Below are positions 48,215 through 55,640 of a DNA stretch of 64,000 nt, in pieces. Source of the DNA: Bacteroidota bacterium (GTDB lineage: Bacteria; Bacteroidota; Bacteroidia; Bacteroidales; JAGONC01); contig JAPLDP010000036.1 of the NCBI GenBank assembly GCA_026391695.1, forward strand, positions 11,631-75,630, given 5' to 3'. How positions within the stretch are numbered: the stretch's first letter is position 1; the number at the start of each line of letters is the position of its first letter. Made by a program: the position numbers and the translations under genes. The notes beneath the pieces were generated by a model. The model was given only the letters and a program-made list of their open reading frames with translations. It made no database searches and was not told the DNA's origin.

Positions 48215-49338
48215 TAATTAAAGAAATAAAATTACCATTTTACGCAAAGGCAATTTTTCTTTTCATCGGCTTATTTGCCTTGTTAACGGTGTTGTATATC
48301 GCCCGGGGCATTATTGTTCCTCTCATTTTCGCACTCATTATTGCCATCCTACTCCATCCGGTCGTAAATTTTTTTGTACGGCTAAGAATAAACAGGGTAG
48401 TAGCTATTGTGATTACTTTAATCCTTACCTTTTTAGTCATTGCCGCGTTTGGTGGTTTTTTATTTGCGCAGGCACGCCGGTTTAGCGAATCATGGCCAAT
48501 GCTGGTCGATAAATTTACCGGGATGCTCAACCAAGCCATCGCCTGGGCTTCCGGTTATTTCGATATTGACCCACAAGAAATCAATGAATGGATTACAAAA
48601 ACCAAAGGTGAAATCATCAATACCAGCAGCGCTGCAATCGGGAAAACACTCATCAATGTCGGTAATGGGTTAGTGATATTGTTTTTAGTTCCCGTTTACG
48701 TCTTTATGATATTGTTTTACCAACCCCTCTTACTTGAGTTTATTCGCAGGGTTTTTGGCAAAAGTAATCAAAGTCATGTGAGCGAAATAGTTACCCAGAC
48801 CAAAACGGTTATTCAACGCTATCTGGTAGGACTGGTTATCGAAGCTGTCATGGTGGGAACACTCAATTCCGTTGCTCTTTTGATACTTGGAATCGATTAC
48901 GCTATCCTGCTCGGGATTATTGGTGCAATGCTCAACGTCATTCCATACATCGGAGGACTGGTGGCAGTAGCATTGCCCATGATGATTGCCTTGGCCACCA
49001 AATCGACAGCCTGGTACGCCCTTTACGTTCTGATAAGCTATTATTTCATCCAACTAATAGACAATAACTACATCGTTCCCAAAATAGTTGCCTCAAAAGT
49101 AAAAATCAATGCGCTTTTCTCTATAATAGTGGTACTTGCCGGGAATGCGTTATGGGGCATACCCGGTATGTTTCTTTCCTTGCCGCTCCTTGCCATTATA
49201 AAACTCATTTTCGACCATATCGAACCCTTAAAACCCTGGGGATTTTTATTAGGCGACACCATGCCCCATTTATTAAAAATTAAACCGATCCGCCTGAGAC
49301 GGTTTAAAAATAAAGCTACATGTAAGGGATTAAAATAG
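48211..49338 (+). CDS. AI-2E family transporter (PerM/UPF0118)
   Basis: 375-aa polytopic ORF whose GTG start overlaps the upstream stop. The C-terminal half has family-typical segments (NVIPYIGGLVAVALP, PKIVASKVKINALFSIIVVLAGNALWGIPGMFLSLPL). Confidence 0.8.
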   Translation: MIIKEIKLPFYAKAIFLFIGLFALLTVLYIARGIIVPLIFALIIAILLHPVVNFFVRLRINRVVAIVITLILTFLVIAAFGGFLFAQARRFSESWPMLVDKFTGMLNQAIAWASGYFDIDPQEINEWITKTKGEIINTSSAAIGKTLINVGNGLVILFLVPVYVFMILFYQPLLLEFIRRVFGKSNQSHVSEIVTQTKTVIQRYLVGLVIEAVMVGTLNSVALLILGIDYAILLGIIGAMLNVIPYIGGLVAVALPMMIALATKSTAWYALYVLISYYFIQLIDNNYIVPKIVASKVKINALFSIIVVLAGNALWGIPGMFLSLPLLAIIKLIFDHIEPLKPWGFLLGDTMPHLLKIKPIRLRRFKNKATCKGLK

Positions 49339-49341
49339 AAG

Positions 49342-49449
49342 CATAGAAGTAAATGTTCGGAAAAAATAGTCATGGGAAGTGTTACGGAAAAAGTTTTAGG
49401 TCACACTTCTATACCGCTTTTTATCATTCCAACTAGAAAACACAATTAA
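49342..49449 (+). pseudogene. 3'-terminal remnant (36 codons) of a universal stress protein gene
   Basis: HRSKCSEKIVMGSVTEKVLGHTSIPLFIIPTRKHN* closely matches the last 35 aa of the USP at 50954..51439 (HSRKWLEKIVMGSVTEKVLSHTSIPLFIIPTKRHN*), with few nucleotide mismatches by eye. It begins 4 nt after the AI-2E stop and has no N-terminal part. Confidence 0.75.
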
Positions 49450-49520
49450 TTTAAAAAGTCTTAAATACTAACATCTTCCCTATCCGGCAAATTATGCATA
49501 AGAGGCACAAACCATTCGAA

Positions 49521-49589
49521 AATGTGTGAATGATGTAACTTATTTCTAAAGTTGTGTAACATTTTTTTTTGAGGTTGATCATACCTTTG
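49521..49589 (+). promoter_or_regulatory. 69-bp promoter module, copy S3
   Basis: AATGTGTGAATGATGTAAC-12 nt-TTGTGTAAC-25 nt-(TAcc)TTTG, 59 nt upstream of ATG 49649. Confidence 0.7.
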
Positions 49590-49648
49590 ATCCTTAATAT
49601 TTCATTAGTAGTAAATAAAAAGAGTATTCACATTGTAAATTTAAAGCC

Positions 49649-49810
49649 ATGGCAAGATTGTTATTGATCATTGGGCTAATACTTATTGTCCTTTGGTTGC
49701 TTGGATTTTTAGCGTTTCATATATCCACACCAGTTCTTCATGCGCTAATTGTTATTGGTATTATTCTGATCATCCTCGATCTTCTTAACAGTCGCCGAAA
49801 TTGGTGGTAA
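49649..49810 (+). CDS. lmo0937-like small membrane protein (53 aa), second paralog
   Basis: Manual translation: MARLLLIIGLILIVLWLLGFLAFHISTPVLHALIVIGIILIILDLLNSRRNWW. It has the same two-TM layout as 46645..46800. Confidence 0.65.
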   Translation: MARLLLIIGLILIVLWLLGFLAFHISTPVLHALIVIGIILIILDLLNSRRNWW

Positions 49811-49820
49811 TTGTCTTTAA

Positions 49821-50174
49821 ATGAAAATTGTCATTAATAACAACAGGAAAATTTTCGCAATTCAGGAAGAATTTAGCAACATGTTTCCTGGTCTGAAAAT
49901 TGTCTTCTTTGCTAAACCCAGTAAACCCTGAGCTGCTCCATCAACAAAACTGGTCAGGCATAGCAGTAAAACATTGCAGGAATGCAGAGCCATCCACAAG
50001 GAAGGGACAATTGAAATTCAACCATCCATGACCATATCGGATTTGAAAGAAAATTTTAGAGATATATATGGATTATCGGTTGAAATATATCAAAAAGCAG
50101 GAAACGGCTCTAATGAAAACCCTGTCAGCGATGACCTTACCATCGAAGAAATAAACAGACAGCATTCCATGTAA
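49821..50174 (+). pseudogene. Conserved-hypothetical gene (~117 codons) interrupted by an in-frame TGA at codon 37
   Basis: MKIVINNNRKIFAIQEEFSNMFPGLKIVFFAKPSKP*AAPSTKLV...TIEIQPSMTISDLKENFRDIYGLSVEIYQKAGNG... The TGA is at 49929-49931, and the track ORF 49974..50174 is in the same frame as ATG 49821. Confidence 0.6.
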
Positions 50175-50307
50175 ATGATCTCTCGGATCCTTTTTAAAAA
50201 ATAAAGCAGACAATAATTATCTTTTAAATTAAAAATCGTTACACACTGAACGATGCAGTGGTTTTTATCATGATTTGCATGAACCAGCTCGTCCGGCGTT
50301 CCTTTTA

Positions 50308-50376
50308 AATGTGTGAATAATGTAACTCTTTTCAAAAGTTGTGTAACACTTATCCGGTTAAAGATTCGCAACTTTG
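50308..50376 (+). promoter_or_regulatory. 69-bp promoter module, copy S4
   Basis: AATGTGTGAATAATGTAAC-12 nt-TTGTGTAAC-25 nt-TTTG, 18 nt upstream of ATG 50395. Confidence 0.7.
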
Positions 50377-50394
50377 TTCTCTCAAAATTTATTA

Positions 50395-50760
50395 ATGCAT
50401 ATGAAAGAAAAGGGCGACAATACTTACCTGCCCAACCGGCGGGCAGGCGACGAAGAGGAAAATAACCTTCAGGGATACCCTTTATATCCTGCCAGTGAAG
50501 ATATTTACAATAAATACCAAAAAGAGCAAAATATAAATCCTGAGGATATATCCAAAAAAAAAGAATCAAATGAAAATAATAAAGTTGGAACATGCAACGA
50601 AAAAGATTTTAATGACGATGTATCGGGCAGCGACTTAGATATTCCCGGCTCAGAATTAGATGATAAACAAGAAATTGTTGGAAGTGAAGATGAAGAGAAT
50701 AACTATTACAGTTTAGGGGGAGATGATCATAACGATCTGGAAGAGTGTAAAGGAGAATGA
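50395..50760 (+). CDS. Acidic, probably disordered protein (copy A)
   Basis: The track ORF starts at a TTG inside the -7 box, so I use ATG 50395 (MHMKEKGDNTYLPNRRAG...). It is about one third Asp/Glu and near-identical to 57977..58342. Confidence 0.65.
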   Translation: MHMKEKGDNTYLPNRRAGDEEENNLQGYPLYPASEDIYNKYQKEQNINPEDISKKKESNENNKVGTCNEKDFNDDVSGSDLDIPGSELDDKQEIVGSEDEENNYYSLGGDDHNDLEECKGE

Positions 50761-50953
50761 AAAGCACATAAGTACCATTGGTATATTATGACACTAAAGG
50801 GTTATACAAAAAGAGGCTGTCTAAAAAAATTATTACTAATACGAATTAAGGATCAAAATAAGTTCTCTGAATTTAGTCTTCTGGGACTTGGTTCTTGACT
50901 CTTTGTTCTCATACAAATAGTAACCTCATTCTCAGATAAAACATACAACGAAC

Positions 50954-51439
50954 ATGAAAACAAATAAAATGACAAAAGTATTGATTGCGCTGGATTATGA
51001 TCCAACCGCACAAAAAGTAGCAGAACTAGGGTTTTCATTAGCTAAAACTATGGGGGCTGAAGTTATATTGCTACATGTAATATCAGATCCGGTGTATTAT
51101 TCCTCAGCAGAATATTCTCCGATAATGGGATTTAATGGTTTCATGGAAACAGGTCCATTGCAATTGAATAGTGTTGATGCTTTGAAAAGGGCATCCTTAC
51201 ATTTTCTTGACAAATCGAGACACCACCTTGGTGATAAATCCATTCAAACTTTAGTAGAAGAAGGTGATTTGGCTGAATCCATATTAAAGACTGCAAAAGA
51301 CTTGCATGTAGATGTTATTGTCATGGGCTCTCACAGCAGGAAATGGTTAGAAAAAATAGTCATGGGAAGTGTAACGGAAAAAGTTTTAAGTCACACTTCT
51401 ATACCGCTTTTCATCATTCCAACTAAAAGACACAACTAA
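50954..51439 (+). CDS. Universal stress protein (UspA family)
   Basis: 161-aa ORF with the typical VLIALDYD... start and C-terminal VIVMGSHSRKWLEKIVMGSVTEKVLSHTSIPLFIIP. Confidence 0.85.
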   Translation: MKTNKMTKVLIALDYDPTAQKVAELGFSLAKTMGAEVILLHVISDPVYYSSAEYSPIMGFNGFMETGPLQLNSVDALKRASLHFLDKSRHHLGDKSIQTLVEEGDLAESILKTAKDLHVDVIVMGSHSRKWLEKIVMGSVTEKVLSHTSIPLFIIPTKRHN

Positions 51440-51461
51440 TTTAGGATTAATAAATAAAAAT

Positions 51462-51623
51462 ATGAAAGAATTCAAATTATTCACTCCTGAAAAGGTTGGA
51501 ATCGTAGAAGTGAAAAATCGTGTTGTTATGTCACCTATGACAAGGTGCAGGGCAATTGGAAATGTGCCCAATGAACTGATGGCAGATTATAAACAACGGT
51601 CAGGGGCCGGGTTCATGCAATAA
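51462..51623 (+). pseudogene. 5' fragment (53 codons) of an Old-Yellow-Enzyme-type NADH:flavin oxidoreductase
   Basis: Manual translation: MKEFKLFTPEKVGIVEVKNRVVMSPMTRCRAIGNVPNELMADYKQRSGAGFMQ*. This is the OYE N-terminal signature (LKNRxVMxPMTRxRA...P..LM..YY.QR) followed by a premature stop, and no continuation lies downstream. Confidence 0.65.
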
Positions 51624-52001
51624 TTCACCGTTTGTCTATGAAGCAGGCTTAAAAGCAGGGATTTGGAAACTTTTTGAAATATATGTATCTTTGCTGGTTT
51701 CTGACAATATTGTATCAATCACCAGATCATTCATTGCCAGGATACGTTTTGTTTTCAAATTGGATGCATTTGATTTGGTCAGACTGAAAAATGTGCCATA
51801 AAAAAAACCATGTATCACTAGTGTCCGATTAATACCAATGCTAAAACATTTAGCTCCTTTGAAGATTTCAAAAAACAATTTTCAAATGCGGGTAAAACAA
51901 GTTGTTTAGAATTATGATATTTTTTCATTTATTTTGTATTGACATGTAATCGGATATTACGTAATTCCGATATTTACAGACAATAAAAAACACCGCTCAT
52001 G

Positions 52002-52048
52002 AAACATCCATGATACCTCAATCACAAAAAGATATATCATGGATGTTT
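52002..52048. promoter_or_regulatory. Perfect 14-bp inverted repeat with a 19-nt spacer upstream of the CheB/CheR gene
   Basis: AAACATCCATGATA (52002-52015) and TATCATGGATGTTT (52035-52048). It lies 34 nt before the GTG start at 52082. Confidence 0.5.
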
Positions 52049-52081
52049 TACGGGTCAGTAAATTATTTAAAATAATTACGA

Positions 52082-55012
52082 GTGAAACCCAAGAAACTGA
52101 AATCGACAGTATCTTCAAAAGAAAAAACTTCTGATTTAGATAACAGCCAGTTCCCAATAGTCGGTATCGGCGCATCGGCTGGCGGACTGGAAGCGTTGGA
52201 GCAATTTCTGGGTAATGTGCCTGAAAACAGTGGAATGGCATATGTTGTTATCCAACATCTGGATCCTACACAGAAAGGCATGTTGCCGGAGTTGCTTCAG
52301 CGAAATTCCAAAATGAAGGTTTTTCAGGTAAAAGACCGTATGCCTGTAAAGCCAAACTGTGTGTATGTAATTCCGCCAAACACGAGCATGTCCATATTAA
52401 AGGGGATACTTCACCTGTTTGAACCAATAGAAGCAAGAGGACTGCGCCTTCCGATTGATTCTTTCTTTCGCTCGCTTGCCGACGACCGGCAGGAAAGAAG
52501 TATCGGTCTCATTCTTTCGGGTATGGGCTCCGACGGCAGTATAGGACTCCGTGCCATAAAAGAAAAAAACGGGATAGTGATGGTACAGGACCCTGCTACG
52601 GCAAAATTCGACAGCATGCCCCGCAATGCCATCGATTCCGTGGTGGTCGATATTATGGCTCCCGCCAACGAGTTGCCTGCAAGGCTCATTGATTTTCTTA
52701 AACTTTTTCCTGCCATCAAAGCAAATCTGGAGCTAGAGATTAAAGACAAAAGCTCTCTCGAAAAAATAATTATTCTACTGCGGGCCTATACCGGCAACGA
52801 CTTTTCGCTTTATAAAAAAAATACGGTGTATCGCCGCATCGAAAGGCGCATGGCCGTCCACAAAATTGATAAGATATCTTCATACGTCCGTTTTTTGCAG
52901 GAAAATCCAAATGAATTGGATATTCTTTTTAAAGAATTGATGATTGGCGTAACTAATTTTTTTCGCGATCCTATCGTATGGGAAAAGTTGAAAGAGACGG
53001 TTATTCCAACTATTATTGCTAACCTGAAAGCCGGTTCAATATTGCGGGCATGGATACCAGGGTGTTCTACCGGAGAAGAGGCATATTCGTTAGCCATAGT
53101 GTTCAAAGAAGCGCTTGAAAAAGTCAATCCGCGCGGAGGCTTTTCGTTACAGATATTTGCTACCGATCTCGACAATGACGCTATTGTGATAGCCAGAAAA
53201 GGCATATTTCCTGCAAATATTGCTGCCGATGTATCACCAAATCGCCTGAACCGCTTTTTTAATAAAACAGATGACGGCTATCGCGTCAATGATGAAATAA
53301 GGGAAAAGGTTGTGTTTGCACAACACAACATTACCATGCATCCGCCTTTTACCAAGATCGATATCCTTTCGTGCCGCAATCTGCTTATTTACATGGATAC
53401 TGAGTTGCAAAAAAAATTGCTCGGGATGTTTTACTATAGTATTAACCCCGAAGGAATTATGCTGCTGGGCAGCTCCGAAACACTTAGAACGCAGAGTCAT
53501 CTTTTTACACCTGTGGATGCCAAATTGAAAATTTTCAAACGCTCCGTTACTACCCTGATACCTGAATTATTCGATTTCCCCGCTTCATTTTCCCGGACCA
53601 AACCGACCAATATTGAAGAACAAATACCTGCCAAATCAACCCTGAATATTCAAACGCTTGCCGATCAACTGCTGTTGCAGCATTTTTCATCTGCCGGTGT
53701 TTTGGTGAACGAAAATGGCGACATCATTTACATCAGCGGACGTACAGGAAAATATCTGGAGCCGGCGGTTGGTAAAGCAAACATGAATATTTTTGCAATG
53801 TTACGCGAAGGTTTGCGCGACGAATTTTCAATTGCGTTCCGCAAAGCTGTATTGAAAAAAGAATCTGTGATTTTGAGCAATATCAAAGTAGGTACAAACG
53901 GGGATACACAAACCTTAAATATTAACATTAAATGGATTGATAAACCGGAGCCTTTAAACGGCTCGGTAATGATAATTTTTACTGATGTGCCGGAGATTAC
54001 TGACATCAAACTGAAGGTAGAAAAAAGAAAAAAGACTTTAAGCAGTATCAGGCAATCGGAGTTGGAGAAAGAGCTGCAGCATACACGTGAAGAAATGCAG
54101 AACACTCTCGAAGAAATGCAGACTTCGCAGGAAGAACAGAAATCTACAAACGAGGAATTACAATCTACCAATGAAGAACTGCAATCTACCAATGAAGAAC
54201 TCACGAGTTCCAAAGAAGAAATGCAAAGCCTGAATGAAGAACTTCAAACGGTGAACGTTGAATTGCAGTCGAAGATAGATGATTTTACGCGGGTGAACAA
54301 TGATATGAAAAACCTGCTCAACAGCACCGATATTGCTACTTTATTTCTCGACAAAGAATTGAATATCCGTCGCTATACCATTCAGGCGACCAAAATTTTT
54401 AAACTCATAAAAAGCGACATAGGAAGGCCTTTTACCGACCAGGTTTCCGACCTTATATACCCCGAATTGGCTGCCGATGCCCTTGAAGTATTAAGGACAC
54501 TAGTATTTATACAAAAACAAATTCCTGCCAAAGACGAGCGATGGTTTTCCATTCGCATTATGCCCTACCGCACCTTCGACGACAAAATAGACGGCCTGGT
54601 CATCACTTTTATCGACATCTCCGATCTCAGGCAGGTGGAAGTAAAATTACATGAAACAGGGCAGATGCATCGTTTGCTCTTAAATTCATCCTCAGATGTA
54701 ATAATTAAATTATCAACCGACTGGAAAATACTGGAGTTTAATCCCGAAGCCGAAAAATTTTTCGGCAAAAAACATGAGGATGCAGTAAACCAAAATTATA
54801 TTCAGATGTTTATTCCTGAACCGGTGCGAAAAAAGACTGAAAAAGATATGAATAGGCTGCTGAACAAAATGCTTGATGGCAAATTCAAAATGCAGGTAAT
54901 TGAAGCCGGAGGTTATATGCCAGTTGTTGAATGGTCCGTAAATGTACTGCTCAACAACCTGAAAATGCCAGCAGGAATGATTATTATCACTAAAAAAATA
55001 ACAAAGCCATGA
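52082..55012 (+). CDS. CheB-methylesterase / CheR-methyltransferase fusion with coiled coil and PAS domains, lacking an output kinase
   Basis: 976-aa ORF with a GTG start. The CheB-type domain is VGIGASAGGLEALEQF...VVIQHLDP. The CheR-type SAM domain is RAWIPGCSTGEEAYSLAI...IFATDLD. The heptad-like EELQSTNEELQSTNEEL coiled coil is followed by two PAS-like regions. Confidence 0.8.
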   Translation: MKPKKLKSTVSSKEKTSDLDNSQFPIVGIGASAGGLEALEQFLGNVPENSGMAYVVIQHLDPTQKGMLPELLQRNSKMKVFQVKDRMPVKPNCVYVIPPNTSMSILKGILHLFEPIEARGLRLPIDSFFRSLADDRQERSIGLILSGMGSDGSIGLRAIKEKNGIVMVQDPATAKFDSMPRNAIDSVVVDIMAPANELPARLIDFLKLFPAIKANLELEIKDKSSLEKIIILLRAYTGNDFSLYKKNTVYRRIERRMAVHKIDKISSYVRFLQENPNELDILFKELMIGVTNFFRDPIVWEKLKETVIPTIIANLKAGSILRAWIPGCSTGEEAYSLAIVFKEALEKVNPRGGFSLQIFATDLDNDAIVIARKGIFPANIAADVSPNRLNRFFNKTDDGYRVNDEIREKVVFAQHNITMHPPFTKIDILSCRNLLIYMDTELQKKLLGMFYYSINPEGIMLLGSSETLRTQSHLFTPVDAKLKIFKRSVTTLIPELFDFPASFSRTKPTNIEEQIPAKSTLNIQTLADQLLLQHFSSAGVLVNENGDIIYISGRTGKYLEPAVGKANMNIFAMLREGLRDEFSIAFRKAVLKKESVILSNIKVGTNGDTQTLNINIKWIDKPEPLNGSVMIIFTDVPEITDIKLKVEKRKKTLSSIRQSELEKELQHTREEMQNTLEEMQTSQEEQKSTNEELQSTNEELQSTNEELTSSKEEMQSLNEELQTVNVELQSKIDDFTRVNNDMKNLLNSTDIATLFLDKELNIRRYTIQATKIFKLIKSDIGRPFTDQVSDLIYPELAADALEVLRTLVFIQKQIPAKDERWFSIRIMPYRTFDDKIDGLVITFIDISDLRQVEVKLHETGQMHRLLLNSSSDVIIKLSTDWKILEFNPEAEKFFGKKHEDAVNQNYIQMFIPEPVRKKTEKDMNRLLNKMLDGKFKMQVIEAGGYMPVVEWSVNVLLNNLKMPAGMIIITKKITKP

Positions 55013-55572
55013 GTAACGAAGAAATGGATTTTACAGATGCACAAATGCTGCGCATGAAAGCTGAAGAACAACTGAAAGAGAAGCAAAAAAAAATAGACAA
55101 GTCGGTTATGGAAACTGACGTGAAAAAGCTCCTGCACGAACTGCAGGTGCACCAGATAGAATTAGAAATGCAGAACGAAGAGTTGCGCCAGGCATATGAA
55201 ACGGCAGAAACAGCCCTTAAAAAATACACCATGTTGTACGATTTAGCCCCAATGGGCTATTTTACACTCGATTCCGATGGCAGTATCTGCGATCTGAACT
55301 TCACTGGCGCCGAAATGCTTGGCGATAAACGCGTTAGTTTGATAAACAGCAACTTTAAGCTATTCGTTTCCGAAGATTCGAAGCCTGTATTTAACAATTT
55401 TTTCAGAAAAATTTATGCCAGTAATGCTAAAGAATCGTGCGAAGTGATGCTTGGTTATGACAATAATCCTTTGTGCTTTGTTTATATGGAAGGCATAGTT
55501 ACAGGCGATGACCGGAAATGCCTTTTGTCGGTAGTTGATATTTCAGGCTTCAAAAAGCAGAGCAATCCTTAA
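55009..55572 (+). CDS. Stand-alone coiled-coil plus PAS-domain protein
   Basis: 187-aa ORF overlapping the upstream stop by 4 nt (ATGA). It has an LQVHQIELEMQNEELRQAYE leader and a PAS fold, ends right after the PAS domain (..VVDISGFKKQSNP*) and has no kinase domain. Confidence 0.7.
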   Translation: MSNEEMDFTDAQMLRMKAEEQLKEKQKKIDKSVMETDVKKLLHELQVHQIELEMQNEELRQAYETAETALKKYTMLYDLAPMGYFTLDSDGSICDLNFTGAEMLGDKRVSLINSNFKLFVSEDSKPVFNNFFRKIYASNAKESCEVMLGYDNNPLCFVYMEGIVTGDDRKCLLSVVDISGFKKQSNP

Positions 55573-55640
55573 ATACTACCATTGAACATTCCAAGAAAGA
55601 GGAGTCCAAATAAATCAGCACATCAAATAGATAGTGTCTG

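Larger units (their letters stand above)
50307..50782 (+). repeat. 476-bp segmental duplication, copy A (promoter module plus acidic-protein gene)
   Basis: Collinear with 57889..58364. The two protein copies differ at ~9 of 121 residues. Identity starts at the promoter module and fades ~22 nt after the stop codon. Confidence 0.8.

Noticed and set aside
50230-50260. Extra inverted box (ATCGTTACACACTGAACGAT) ~70 bp upstream of module S4, as a possible third binding site
   Set aside because: It is present only at S4, is absent from the duplicated copy S6 and from the other modules, and may be a chance 6-bp hairpin.
50090-50593. 167-aa minus-strand ORF
   Set aside because: It overlaps the 3' end of 49821..50174, the whole S4 promoter module and the 5' half of the acidic-protein gene. 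No paralogous ORF is kept open at the duplicated copy.
51636-51878. 80-aa minus-strand ORF downstream of the OYE fragment
   Set aside because: It has no motif I can name. It could be another gene fragment, but the evidence is insufficient to annotate it.
53728-54213. 161-aa Ser/Cys-rich minus-strand ORF
   Set aside because: It is a mirror of the EELQSTNEEL coiled-coil coding repeats of the CheB/CheR gene.
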